This document shows, in pieces, positions 47,996 through 58,449 of a DNA stretch of 64,000 nt (the stretch's first letter is position 1; each line of letters starts with the position of its first letter). The translations under genes were made by a program, and so were the position numbers. The stretch is taken from contig JAHOYT010000054.1 in assembly GCA_019038645.1 (NCBI GenBank), forward strand, positions 4,365-68,364, given 5' to 3'. The DNA is from Bacteroidales bacterium. GTDB lineage: Bacteria; Bacteroidota; Bacteroidia; Bacteroidales; UBA12077. The notes beneath the pieces were generated by a model. It made no database searches. It was not told the origin of the DNA and saw only the letters and a list, made by a program, of their open reading frames with translations.

Positions 47996-49345
47996 ATGAT
48001 ATATAAGAAATTTTATATAAATATTGTTGTCAGAGTAGTTCTTTTATTAGCAACTTGTTTTTTAATTACTTTTTCATTTCCTACCCAAAAAGCATTCTTG
48101 ATAATAAATCATTTAGCTCTATTAATTATTCAAATAATTTTACTTGTTAGATATTTAAATAAAACCAACTATGAACTAGCTGATTTCTTTGAGAGTGTTG
48201 TTAATAAGGATTATAACTTCTTGCAGTTTTCTAAAAAAAAGGGAAAGTCGTATTCAAAATTATATGAATCGTTAACTGTAATAAGTGATGCATTAAAGAA
48301 ATCTGAAATAGAAAATATTTTTAAATCCCAATATTTACTTGCGGCTATTGAAAATGTAGGAACTGGATTAATTTGGTTCGATGATAAGGGAAATGTGCTT
48401 TTAGTAAATAAATCTACAAGGGAACTGCTAAGTATAAGCACGTTATCAAATATTTCTGAGTTAGATTATGTAATGAAAGGATTTTCTCAAATAATAAATG
48501 AAATTAAACCTTCAGAAAATAGATTAATTAAACTATATATAGGAGATGATTATAGACAGATTTCAATAAAATCTACAGAACTTATACAACAGGGTAAACA
48601 CATTAAGTTAATTTCTTTGCAGGATATTAAAAACGAACTTGACGAAGTAGAATTGGATTCATGGCAAAAGTTAATTAGAGTCCTGGCACATGAAATAATG
48701 AACTCTATCGGACCAATAACTACAACTACAACTGCAATTTTAAGGTATTTTAGAAATGATCAAGGAATGACAATAGATTTAAATAATATAGATAAAACAA
48801 CCATAGATAATACAATAAAAGGGCTTGAAATAATTGAAGATCGTAGTGTTGGTTTAAAAGAATTTGTAAGCAATTATAGGCAATTAACTAATTTGCCGAA
48901 ACCAATTATTTCCGAAATAAAGCTAAATTCTTTTGTTGAAAATATCAGTTTATTATTTAAGGAAGAATTTCTGGATAGAAATATTGATTTTAATTATGTT
49001 GTTGAACCAAAAGATAAGAGTTTATCAGCTGATGAGAAACTTATTTCCCATGTCATAATAAATCTCTTGAAAAATTCTATTGAAGCTGTTCGATCTATTA
49101 AAAAACCTAAAATAGATCTGAAAGTTTTTGAAAACAAAAACAATGAAATAGTAATTCAAGTTAGAGATAATGGACCTGGAATTCCCGAAGAAATTATTGA
49201 TAAAATATTTATACCATTCTTTACAGCCAAAGAAGAAGGTTCAGGAATTGGATTAAGCTTATCGCGTCAGATTATGCGATTGCATAATGGTTCAATTAAG
49301 GTAAAATCTTCAAAAGGAGGAACAGATTTTCAATTGATTTTTTAA
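47996..49345 (+). CDS. Sensor histidine kinase (NtrY-like, with PAS)
   Basis: [36 protein letters not shown]. Confidence 0.93.
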   Translation: MIYKKFYINIVVRVVLLLATCFLITFSFPTQKAFLIINHLALLIIQIILLVRYLNKTNYELADFFESVVNKDYNFLQFSKKKGKSYSKLYESLTVISDALKKSEIENIFKSQYLLAAIENVGTGLIWFDDKGNVLLVNKSTRELLSISTLSNISELDYVMKGFSQIINEIKPSENRLIKLYIGDDYRQISIKSTELIQQGKHIKLISLQDIKNELDEVELDSWQKLIRVLAHEIMNSIGPITTTTTAILRYFRNDQGMTIDLNNIDKTTIDNTIKGLEIIEDRSVGLKEFVSNYRQLTNLPKPIISEIKLNSFVENISLLFKEEFLDRNIDFNYVVEPKDKSLSADEKLISHVIINLLKNSIEAVRSIKKPKIDLKVFENKNNEIVIQVRDNGPGIPEEIIDKIFIPFFTAKEEGSGIGLSLSRQIMRLHNGSIKVKSSKGGTDFQLIF

Positions 49346-49469
49346 TGCTTGTACGTTAGTCTAAATATTTATAAAAATGATTACAATAAAAAATAAGCAC
49401 TAATTTAGATTTATTTGTTAGAAACACACAATTAACAATATAAATTACAATCGGATCTCATTAAACAGT

Positions 49470-50495
49470 CTAAAAATTCCACCAATCAACTTTTGAAGTG
49501 GTAAGCTGATTGTAAATGACAATAATATTCTCTTTAAATTGATCTTCGTTTCCTTTTAAATCATGATCCATAATATCGCATATTGCAATAATCTGATCAA
49601 GACTTAAGTTTTGTTTTTTTAAACGCTCAATTTTTTGGGCTAGGGTTTTAAAATAATCTGATTGTTCTTTTAAAATAATTTTTTCTCCAATTTCTCCATG
49701 ACCCGGAATTACGGTGTAAATATTTTCTTTATAAAGATCATCCAGTATTTTTACCCAGGTATAAATATCTACTCCATGTTCTTCAATGGTATAAGGAAAC
49801 ATCTTATTAAAAATAAGATCTCCCATATGGATTACATTGTGATTTGAAAATTTCACCAGTATATTATCGTTTGTATGTCCCGGACCTGGATGTTCAAGCA
49901 TAATTCGTTCATTTGCAATTCTGAATCGGTAAAAGTTTTCAAATGCGATATCCGGTTCTCTTAATTTAATATTTTTAATATCTTCAAAATATTCCAAATT
50001 GGTTTCATAGTCCTTTTTTAGGGAAATGAATTCTTCACTTTCTTTATTTTCAATTAATCCCATTTGTAATTTTAGATTAACTAAATAGCCCGGAAGTACA
50101 TTGTTTATATAATTATCCAAATTCTTTTTATTAAATAAATCGTTATTTTTTGATAAATCCTGATGGGCAATTATCTTAACATCTCGTGGAAAGCCAACAA
50201 TACCATTAATATGATCACCATGAAAATGTGTTAATATTAAATATTTAATTGGCTTGTTCGAAACAGATTTTATTATGGACACTATTTTTGCACCATTTTC
50301 TGGTGTACTACCGGCATCAACCACAACAATTCCTTTTTTCGTTACAAGGAAAGCAACATTTCCACCACTAATTTCGGTTATTACATAAAGGTTATGGCTT
50401 ACTTCGATATAATTAAAATCTTCCTGTGAATTTGAAGTTTTTGTAAATAAAAGGATTATAATTTGAAGAGATAATAGAATGATTTTTATTTTCAT
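49470..50495 (-). CDS. Exported metallo-beta-lactamase-fold hydrolase
   Basis: Signal peptide, VVDAG, THFHGDH, GHT, MGDL, PGHG. Confidence 0.9.
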   Translation of the reverse strand: MKIKIILLSLQIIILLFTKTSNSQEDFNYIEVSHNLYVITEISGGNVAFLVTKKGIVVVDAGSTPENGAKIVSIIKSVSNKPIKYLILTHFHGDHINGIVGFPRDVKIIAHQDLSKNNDLFNKKNLDNYINNVLPGYLVNLKLQMGLIENKESEEFISLKKDYETNLEYFEDIKNIKLREPDIAFENFYRFRIANERIMLEHPGPGHTNDNILVKFSNHNVIHMGDLIFNKMFPYTIEEHGVDIYTWVKILDDLYKENIYTVIPGHGEIGEKIILKEQSDYFKTLAQKIERLKKQNLSLDQIIAICDIMDHDLKGNEDQFKENIIVIYNQLTTSKVDWWNF

Positions 50496-50524
50496 TTTGA
50501 GATTCTAGTTTTGATATAAGTCTT

Positions 50525-50551
50525 AAAAAAATACCCTTCAATAAAGGGTAT
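50525..50551 (-). terminator. Intrinsic terminator
   Basis: ATACCCTT/AAGGGTAT stem with a 5' A-run. Confidence 0.65.
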
Positions 50552-50572
50552 CTCAGTTTTTGTAGACTAAAA

Positions 50573-51841
50573 TTATTTCTTTTTTAATTTGGATTCCAGC
50601 TTCTTTATTTTTCTGGTAAGTTCGTCATTAGTATTCTGAAGTTCAACCATCTGTGTTTCTGATTCTTCTGCCCTTCTTGATGATTCTTCCTGTGTAGCTT
50701 GCAATTCTTCCATATTCTGACGCATTTCTTCTTCCTGAGCCGACATTTCTTCAGCTTGTTGCTGAGTTTTTTCAAGAAGTTCTGAAGTACGCCTGTTTGT
50801 TTCCGCCATATTAAGCGAACTGGCAATACTTAACGATGCCTGTTCAAGAAATTCAATCTGAAATTTTTCGAATAAATTAAACGAAGCAATCTCAATAACA
50901 CCTAATACTTCTTCTTCCATTTTCATAGGAATGAGCAATAAACTGTTCGGATTTGATCCGCCCAGACCACTTGTAATCTGAATATAACTATCCGGAATTT
51001 CTGTTAAATGAATTGTCTGTTTTTCAAGTGCACAATTTCCAACCAATCCTTCTCCCAATTCAAATACTTTTTTAATATATTTTCTTCTGTTAAAAGCATA
51101 AAATGATTGTAACTCCAGAGTAATATTGTTCTGATCATCGCTATTTCTTATAAATATTCCACCCTGATTAGCATTCATGTAGTTTACAATATAACTTAAT
51201 ATCTGATAAGATAATTCAGCTACATCATCCTGTTTTCTTAAAATTTCGTTTAGTTTGGCTAATCCCTCATTTACCCAGGATCTTTTTTCTTCTTCAATAT
51301 GTTTTTCTTCCTGTATTTTAGTTGCTTCCTGAAGCTTTTTTCTCATTTCCATCAACGCTGATCTTAAATGGTCCGATTCACCCAGAAGTTCTATTTCATG
51401 ATCAAGGTTTCCTTCTCCCACTTGTCTGGCAAATTCTGCAGTATCTCTCAGATTATTAATCATTTTTTCCAACGCAATGTTCATTTGGCCTGTTTCGTCA
51501 TTATTTTTCTTAATTTCTTCATTAATTTCAACTGATAAATCACCGTTCGATATTTTCTTTAAAGCGTTGATAGAACCTTTAATAGGTTTTTGTATATATT
51601 TTTTAAAAATTAGGTTTCCCATAAGTAATATTAAATATCCTACTGGAACATACCAAATTAAATACTTAATTCCGTACATACCAATTACAAAGGAGATAAC
51701 TCCAACAAGAAGATTTGTACTGAGTATTGCCATCGCCGATTTGAATATTATCGTTCCACGATATCTTAGCCGGTTAACAACAATACCTAACGGAATAGCA
51801 ACGAAAATCATAAATAAAATAAATACGAATAAAGGATTCAT
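50573..51841 (-). CDS. Membrane HAMP-GAF coiled-coil protein with no output domain
   Basis: Three TM segments from ATG 51841, HAMP-like region, GAF (GEGLVG, LGVIEIAS), QQQAEEMSAQEEEMRQNMEELQATQEE coiled coil. Confidence 0.85.
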   Translation of the reverse strand: MNPLFVFILFMIFVAIPLGIVVNRLRYRGTIIFKSAMAILSTNLLVGVISFVIGMYGIKYLIWYVPVGYLILLMGNLIFKKYIQKPIKGSINALKKISNGDLSVEINEEIKKNNDETGQMNIALEKMINNLRDTAEFARQVGEGNLDHEIELLGESDHLRSALMEMRKKLQEATKIQEEKHIEEEKRSWVNEGLAKLNEILRKQDDVAELSYQILSYIVNYMNANQGGIFIRNSDDQNNITLELQSFYAFNRRKYIKKVFELGEGLVGNCALEKQTIHLTEIPDSYIQITSGLGGSNPNSLLLIPMKMEEEVLGVIEIASFNLFEKFQIEFLEQASLSIASSLNMAETNRRTSELLEKTQQQAEEMSAQEEEMRQNMEELQATQEESSRRAEESETQMVELQNTNDELTRKIKKLESKLKKK

Positions 51842-52060
51842 AAGCTTAGATTTTTGGTCCGTTCCAAAATACGATTTTTTTGACAAAAAGAAAAATCTAA
51901 ATATATAAAGGCTTGTATGTGTTGTAGTTATATTGTTATAATGACTTGCTAAATTAAGAGAAATAAATATACTATTAATCTGCATTCTGTTTCAAATATT
52001 AAACGTTGTACCATTTTATATGTCATATTGTTAATTCAATTTATTCATTATCTTTGGATC

Positions 52061-52435
52061 GTGGTAAAAAATAAATATAGCATATTACCTTTCTTACTTT
52101 TAGCGTGGACTATAATTTTTGCTCACAGTGTTATCCCGCATCATCATTCAGAGAATTTTCATTCCGAATGTAGTCATCACTCCCATGAAACTCATTTTTC
52201 TGAAATGTCAGAAATTCATGATTGTAATCACGAGTGTAATGATCATACCTGCCATTTTCATGTTGATGTTTTAACGAAGGTTTCTGTTGATAATGTTTTT
52301 ATCACAAATAACATAAATACATTTTTAAATAATCTCAACTTTTCAGAATCATATGATAATGGTTTCTTTGTTGATTTTATTTCTAATCAGATACCAAAAA
52401 CCAATCATCTTCGCGGTCCTCCTGTACTTGTTTAA
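52061..52435 (+). CDS. His/Cys-rich leader protein with C-terminal RGPP (DUF6769/DUF2946-like)
   Basis: TM segment then HSVIPHHH, CSHHSH, HDCNHECNDHTCH; ends LRGPPVLV; GTG 4 nt after TATCTTTG -7 box. Confidence 0.8.
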   Translation: MVKNKYSILPFLLLAWTIIFAHSVIPHHHSENFHSECSHHSHETHFSEMSEIHDCNHECNDHTCHFHVDVLTKVSVDNVFITNNINTFLNNLNFSESYDNGFFVDFISNQIPKTNHLRGPPVLV

Positions 52436-52496
52436 TGAGGTTTTCAATTCCAACAAGGAATTTTATTTTTTTCTTTAATCCAAATCTTAAATTATA

Positions 52497-53762
52497 ATGA
52501 GAAAATTCACAGTTGTTCTCATATCAATGGTTTATATAACCATGATGAGTTGTAAACATAATGATGATCATAATCATGATGATCACGGTCATTCACATGA
52601 AGAAGTAAGTGAACATACAGATCATGATAATGAACATGAGCACGAAAAAGAAACAGAAGAACACGCACACGATCATTCAGTTGAAGAGCATAATCAGGAT
52701 GAAGCAGAAGAACATGTACACAATCATACAGATGAAGAGCATAATCAGAATGAAACAGAGGAGCACGATCATAAGCACGAGTATAAAACAGCAAAAATAC
52801 AGTTACAGTCATTTCATCAAATTATTAAAACAAGTGGCGAAATAATAAATTCTCCATCAGAGGAAATTGAGGTTGTAGCAACCAACAACGGAAGAATAAG
52901 CCTTTTTGCCGGTTTGGCAAAAGGTGTTAATGTTAATACTGATCAAATTCTTTTTCAAATATCAGGAGATAATATTATAGATAACAACATTGCTTTAAGG
53001 TATAATACAGCAAAAGCAGATTTTGAAAAAGCAAAATCAGATTTTGAAAGAGCTGAAAAATTGACTAAAAACAATATTATTTCTGAAAAGGAGTACGAAC
53101 AAATTAAACTTGAATATTCAAATACAAAGTACGAATATGAATTAATTGCAAAATCATACAAAAAGGGTAGTGGCGTTGTAGCTTCTCCGTCAAAAGGTTA
53201 TGTGAAAGAGTATTTTGTTAATGAGGGACAATATGTTGAAACCGGACAAAAGCTGGCCGTTATTAATAAACAGAGTAGATTAAGATTGGTAGCTGAAGTA
53301 TCTCAAAAGTATGTTCACAATTTGCCTGAAATAGAATCAGCCACTTTTCTAATTAATAATAGTGAAAAGGCATTCGATACTGAATCATTAGATGGGAAAC
53401 TTATTTCATATGGTAAATCAGTTAATAGTAAAAGCTATTATATCCCGGTAATCTTTGAAATCAAAAATGATAAAGATTTACTGCCCGGTTCTTTTACGCA
53501 GGTTTTTTTAAAAGGTAAAGAGCTGAAGGATGTTATTGTTGTACCTGTATCGGCATTAATTGAAGAGCAAGACAATTATTTTGTTTTTGTTGAAGAAGAT
53601 CATGATAAATTTCAGAAACGACATGTTATTTTAGGTGACAGTGACGGAACAAATGTATTGGTAAAAGAAGGTTTATCTGCCGGAGAAATTATTGTAACCG
53701 AAGGAACATATTTTGTTAAACTGGCAAGTATGTCAAATGAACTTCCTGTACATAGTCATTAA
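52497..53762 (+). CDS. RND efflux periplasmic adaptor (CzcB/CusB-like) lipoprotein with His-rich N-terminus
   Basis: Lipobox MMSC, long His/Glu tract, helical hairpin, SPSKG..V.EGQYV..GQ, VPVSAL. Confidence 0.92.
   Translation: MRKFTVVLISMVYITMMSCKHNDDHNHDDHGHSHEEVSEHTDHDNEHEHEKETEEHAHDHSVEEHNQDEAEEHVHNHTDEEHNQNETEEHDHKHEYKTAKIQLQSFHQIIKTSGEIINSPSEEIEVVATNNGRISLFAGLAKGVNVNTDQILFQISGDNIIDNNIALRYNTAKADFEKAKSDFERAEKLTKNNIISEKEYEQIKLEYSNTKYEYELIAKSYKKGSGVVASPSKGYVKEYFVNEGQYVETGQKLAVINKQSRLRLVAEVSQKYVHNLPEIESATFLINNSEKAFDTESLDGKLISYGKSVNSKSYYIPVIFEIKNDKDLLPGSFTQVFLKGKELKDVIVVPVSALIEEQDNYFVFVEEDHDKFQKRHVILGDSDGTNVLVKEGLSAGEIIVTEGTYFVKLASMSNELPVHSH
52632..52784 (+). repeat. Intragenic 51-bp (17-aa) His/Glu repeat
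   Basis: GAAGAGCATAATCAG at 52683 and 52734; a degenerate unit precedes them. Confidence 0.7.
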
Positions 53763-53779
53763 CATTAAACCTGATAATT

Positions 53780-56700
53780 ATGCTAAATAAAATTATAAAA
53801 TTTTCGCTGGAAAACAGGTTGCTGGTGGTTTTTGGTTCGGTTTTACTGCTTCTGTCCGGAGGATATGTGACATCCAGAATGGAAGTTGATATTTTCCCTG
53901 AATTAACTGCTCCTACAGTAGTTGTTATGACCGAAGCGCATGGTATGGCTCCTGAAGAAGTTGAAAAACTTGTAACTTTTCCAATAGAAACATCAGTTAA
54001 CGGAGCAACGGATATTCGTCGCGTTCGATCTTCATCATCAATGGGCTTTTCCATTGTTTGGGTTGAGTTTGACTGGGGGACAGATATATATAATGCCCGA
54101 CAAACGGTAACTGAAAGGCTTGTGGCTGTTAAGGATCAGTTACCAACACAGGCCGGTGATCCTTTTATTGCACCTCAATCATCTTTGCTGGGAGAAATAA
54201 TGCTGGTTGCCATTACTTCTGATACAAAGTCGCCGATGGAATTACGCACTATCGCTGAATGGAATCTGCGTCCCAGGTTACTTTCAATTGGTGGTGTAGC
54301 TCAGGTTTCAACAATTGGAGGGGAATTTAAGGAATATCAAATATTGGTAAATCCTGACTTAATGAAATATTACAACGTTTCGTTTAGTGAGATTATTGAA
54401 AACAGCCAGTTAATGAACGAAAACGCTACCGGTGGATTTATTGAGCAACATGGTAATCAGTATATGGTTCGGGGAATTATCCGAACAAATAATACAGATG
54501 AGCTTGGGAATGTCGTAATTAAAATGGCTGAAAATTATCCCGTTAAAATCTCTGATGTTGCAAAAGTAAAAATTGGAAGCTCTCCTAAAATTGGTGACGC
54601 ATCGTATCGTGGCGAAAAAGCTGTTATTTTATCAATAACCAAACAGCCTAATGTAAATACAATTGAACTTACAAAAAGTGTAAATGAATCATTGGTTGAT
54701 ATACAGAAAAACATTGGAAATGAAATTCATTTTCATACAGATATCTATAACCAGTCTGAATTCATCAACACATCAATTAACAATGTAAAAAAGGCGTTAG
54801 TTGAAGGGTCTTTTTTTGTGATCATTATTCTTTTCTTATTCCTGATGAATTACAGAACAACTCTGATTTCACTTCTGGCAATTCCGCTTTCGTTATTAGT
54901 TACAATTCTTGTATTAAAAGCGTTGGGATTAACAATTAATACAATGAGTCTGGGAGGGATGGCTATTGCAATCGGCTCTCTTGTTGATGATGCAATTATT
55001 GACGTTGAGAATGTTTACAAACGTTTGAAACAAAACGTAGGATTTGAAACAACACACAGGGAAAAGCCATTAAAAGTTATTTTCGATGCTTCAACTGAAA
55101 TAAGACCTTCAATCATGAATGCTACTATTATTATAATTGTTGCATTTGTACCATTATTCTTTTTAGGTGGAATGGAAGGCCGGATGTTAAAACCTCTGGG
55201 TATATCATATATAGTTGCATTGTTTGCATCACTTGTTGTGGCAATTACTATTACCCCGGTTTTATGTAGTTATTTACTCACTAACGAAAAACGTTTAAAA
55301 AAGCATAAAAAAGGAAGTTGGTTAGAGAGGAAACTGAACAGGTTATATTTTGCCAGCCTAAAATGGGTTTTAAATAAGAAAACTGTCGTTCTAAGTTCCG
55401 CCTTTGCTCTGTTGATATTAGCAGTTGTTGTATTTACCGGATTCGGGAGTAATTTTTTACCACCTTTTAACGAAGGTTCGCTCACGATAAATTTGAATTC
55501 TTTACCAGGGATTTCTCTGGAAGAATCATACAAACTTGGGAAAAAGGCCGATGATATTTTACTTGATATTCCAGAAATAAAATCAGTGGCACGAAGAACA
55601 GGACGTTCAGAATTGGCTGAGCATTCATTTGGTGTAAACGTATCTGAAATAGATGCTCCATTTGAATTAATAGACAGATCCAGAGCTGAGTTTTTGGCTG
55701 ATGTAAGATCACAGCTTAAAACCATAAAAGGAGCAACGGTGGAAGTCGGACAGCCTGTCACACACCGCATGGATCATATGTTATCAGGAACAAAGGCTAA
55801 CATTGCCATTAAATTATTTGGTAACGAATTAAATGAAATGTTCCAGGTGGCTAATGTTATAAAAAGCGAAATTCAGGATATTGAAGGTATAGGCGATTTA
55901 TTTGTTGAACAGCAAATCGAAATTCCTCAGTTAAAGATAAAACCAAAACGTGATATGCTTGCTAAATACGGAATCCCGTTAAATAAATTTATGGAATTTG
56001 TCGATTATGCTTTTGCCGGTGAAAAAGTATCTGATGTTTTTGAGGATGAAAAATCATTTGATCTGGTTCTTCGTTTTGATGAGGAGCATAGAAATTCTAT
56101 TGAGACAATTCAGGAGGCAATGATTGATACACATGATGGCAAAAAAATACCGATTTATTATGTGGCTGATATTACATCATCTTCCGGCCCAAATACTATA
56201 AGTAGAGAAAATGTTCAGCGTAAAATTGTTGTTTCGGTAAATGTTGCTGATCGTGATGTAGGCAGTGTTGTAAAAGATATTATTGAAAGGGTTAATGATC
56301 ACGTTATTTTGCCCGAAGGTTACCGGGTTGAATACGGAGGACAATTTGAAAGTGCTGCCAGTGCTTCAAGAACTTTAACCATAACTTCAATAATTGCAAT
56401 TTTGGTAATATTCCTGATTCTTTTTCAGGAGTTTAAAAGTACAAAATTGGCATGGATTATTTTATTAAACCTTCCGTTAGCAATGATCGGAGGAGTTATT
56501 GCAATCAGGTTAACATCCGGAGTTGTAAGTATTCCTGTTATAATTGGATTTATTACATTATTTGGAATAGCAACGCGTAATGGGATTTTGCTTGTTTCAA
56601 GATACAGAAATATGGCAGAAAAAGGAATAGAGGTATATGATAGAGTTATAAGGGGTTCGCTGGACAGGTTAAATCCTATTCTAATGACAGCTCTTACGGC

Positions 56701-56875
56701 GGCTCTTGCTTTAATTCCATTAGCAATTGCAGGTGATAAGCCTGGTAACGAAATCCAAAGTCCAATGGCGGTTGTTATTTTAGGCGGATTGCTGAGTTCT
56801 ACATTTTTAAACATTTATATTGTTCCGGTAATTTATTTGATAATGCATAATAAGGAGGTGAAAGATGAAAAGTAG
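53780..56875 (+). CDS. Heavy-metal efflux RND permease (CzcA/CusA family)
   Basis: DIFPEL, APEEVE..VT.PIE, GSLVDDAIIDVEN, FLPPFNEG, RLNPILMTA. Confidence 0.95.
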   Translation: MLNKIIKFSLENRLLVVFGSVLLLLSGGYVTSRMEVDIFPELTAPTVVVMTEAHGMAPEEVEKLVTFPIETSVNGATDIRRVRSSSSMGFSIVWVEFDWGTDIYNARQTVTERLVAVKDQLPTQAGDPFIAPQSSLLGEIMLVAITSDTKSPMELRTIAEWNLRPRLLSIGGVAQVSTIGGEFKEYQILVNPDLMKYYNVSFSEIIENSQLMNENATGGFIEQHGNQYMVRGIIRTNNTDELGNVVIKMAENYPVKISDVAKVKIGSSPKIGDASYRGEKAVILSITKQPNVNTIELTKSVNESLVDIQKNIGNEIHFHTDIYNQSEFINTSINNVKKALVEGSFFVIIILFLFLMNYRTTLISLLAIPLSLLVTILVLKALGLTINTMSLGGMAIAIGSLVDDAIIDVENVYKRLKQNVGFETTHREKPLKVIFDASTEIRPSIMNATIIIIVAFVPLFFLGGMEGRMLKPLGISYIVALFASLVVAITITPVLCSYLLTNEKRLKKHKKGSWLERKLNRLYFASLKWVLNKKTVVLSSAFALLILAVVVFTGFGSNFLPPFNEGSLTINLNSLPGISLEESYKLGKKADDILLDIPEIKSVARRTGRSELAEHSFGVNVSEIDAPFELIDRSRAEFLADVRSQLKTIKGATVEVGQPVTHRMDHMLSGTKANIAIKLFGNELNEMFQVANVIKSEIQDIEGIGDLFVEQQIEIPQLKIKPKRDMLAKYGIPLNKFMEFVDYAFAGEKVSDVFEDEKSFDLVLRFDEEHRNSIETIQEAMIDTHDGKKIPIYYVADITSSSGPNTISRENVQRKIVVSVNVADRDVGSVVKDIIERVNDHVILPEGYRVEYGGQFESAASASRTLTITSIIAILVIFLILFQEFKSTKLAWIILLNLPLAMIGGVIAIRLTSGVVSIPVIIGFITLFGIATRNGILLVSRYRNMAEKGIEVYDRVIRGSLDRLNPILMTALTAALALIPLAIAGDKPGNEIQSPMAVVILGGLLSSTFLNIYIVPVIYLIMHNKEVKDEK

Positions 56876-58043
56876 AAGAAATCTGATAATTTCGATATTG
56901 TTTTTTGTTTCGATAAATGCTTACTCACAGTCATTTAATGAAATTTTGGAAACAATTGAGCAGAATAATAAAGAGCTGCAGGCCGGAAATAAATTCCTGG
57001 AAAGTAAAATCTATGAGCATAAACAAAACAATTTACCGGGAGGCCCGTCATTATCATACGGATATTTTCCTGATAATTCTTCGGTTTCAGGAACAAAGGA
57101 AGTTTTTGAGGTAAGTCAGTCATTTCAGATGCCATGTTTTTACAGAAATCAATCGGCGTATTCAAAGTTAATGATTGGAACAGAAGAATTAAATCATTTG
57201 GTATTAAGGCAAAACATATTGAGCGAAGCAAAAAGCCTTTTAACAGAATATGTTTATCTCTTAAAACAGATATCAATTCTCAGCATAAGATTAAAGTTTG
57301 CTGAAGATATTTATAACGCTTATCTGGTTCGGGGTGAATTAGGAGATGTAAATGCTCTGGAAATAAATAAAGCAAAGTTGCATTTACTTCAGGTTCAGAA
57401 ACAAGAGAAAGATTTACAAACTCAATTTTTGGCAATAACAGAAAAACTCATGAATCTAAATGGTGGAGATGATTTAAGCTTAGGAGTAATAAATTATCCT
57501 TTAGAAAATCTGACAGATTTGGACACATTGTTATTTGAAAGACTGGAGTACGATCCGGAATTATTGTATAATCAAAAGGCATTTGAAGCATCAGAAAAGA
57601 GAATAAAAGTTGCTAAAAACCTGCAGTTACCTGAATTTAGTCTGGGTTATGGAAGTGAGACAGTTGCAAATGAGAAATTCAAAGGATTTTTAGTTGGTGT
57701 TTCAGTTCCTTTATGGGGAAGCAAAAACTCAATTCAGCAGGCAAAAGCAGAATCAGATTTTTATGACGTAAATAATAATTTTTTAAGAGAGAAAAGAATA
57801 TCTGAAACAAAAATTCAATTTGAAAAAGTACATTCACTCAAAGAAAACCTGGAAAGTTATGAAACAGTTTTAAGTTCTGTAAATAATGAAGATCTTCTTA
57901 ATAAGTCGTTAGAATTAGGGGAAATATCAGTAATTGAATTTTTTACTGAGATGTTTTATTTCTATGAAATTTATGATGATTATTTATTACTGGAGAAAGA
58001 TTACTATCAGGCTTTAACGGAATTGTATAAATACAAACTATAA
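56865..58043 (+). CDS. TolC/CzcC-family outer-membrane efflux protein
   Basis: Signal peptide, helical repeats, GVSVPLW, GEIS; overlaps the RND gene. Confidence 0.88.
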   Translation: MKSRRNLIISILFFVSINAYSQSFNEILETIEQNNKELQAGNKFLESKIYEHKQNNLPGGPSLSYGYFPDNSSVSGTKEVFEVSQSFQMPCFYRNQSAYSKLMIGTEELNHLVLRQNILSEAKSLLTEYVYLLKQISILSIRLKFAEDIYNAYLVRGELGDVNALEINKAKLHLLQVQKQEKDLQTQFLAITEKLMNLNGGDDLSLGVINYPLENLTDLDTLLFERLEYDPELLYNQKAFEASEKRIKVAKNLQLPEFSLGYGSETVANEKFKGFLVGVSVPLWGSKNSIQQAKAESDFYDVNNNFLREKRISETKIQFEKVHSLKENLESYETVLSSVNNEDLLNKSLELGEISVIEFFTEMFYFYEIYDDYLLLEKDYYQALTELYKYKL

Positions 58044-58051
58044 TATTTTGT

Positions 58052-58086
58052 GATCTGTCAGTCCCAATAATCGGGACCGACAGATC
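58052..58086. terminator. Long hairpin between convergent genes
   Basis: GATCTGTCAGTCCC/GGGACCGACAGATC. Confidence 0.7.
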
Positions 58087-58094
58087 TTATAGCT

Positions 58095-58283
58095 TTATCT
58101 TTCACAGGATTCAGTTCCGCATCCACAACCAATTCCCTGGTCTTTTAATTCCTTAGGATGATTATTGTGACACGAACCTCCGTGAAACTCACTTTTTTTG
58201 GTGAAAATCAATCTGACTGACAATGCTAATACTGCAATCAAAACTAATACAAAAGTTAGTATAAGTAATTCTAAAATTGGCAT
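58095..58283 (-). CDS. Small single-TM protein with Cys-rich C-terminus
   Basis: Hydrophobic N-terminus, F.GGSC and GIGCGCG..SC; fills an intergenic gap. Confidence 0.7.
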   Translation of the reverse strand: MPILELLILTFVLVLIAVLALSVRLIFTKKSEFHGGSCHNNHPKELKDQGIGCGCGTESCER

Positions 58284-58449
58284 GATATTCCTTTTGTTTT
58301 AATAACAATAAGACGTTCGAAAGGTTCAAAACAATACTCTTTTAGTTTTTATGCAGGCAAAAAGTTAGAGTATTGATTTTCACTGTAATAATACTTAAAT
58401 TTGTTTTGTTATTACAATTATTATTGATTTTAACCTAAAACAAATTGCC

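Noticed and set aside
49470-50495. Antibiotic-resistance metallo-beta-lactamase
   Set aside because: HxHxDH with the downstream GD motif fits the general MBL-fold hydrolase superfamily; nothing specifically indicates beta-lactamase activity.
51842-51985. N-terminal extension of the GAF protein and antisense ORF 51477-51908
   Set aside because: The extension runs through AT-rich promoter-like DNA and ATG 51841 starts the first TM segment; the antisense ORF is a shadow.
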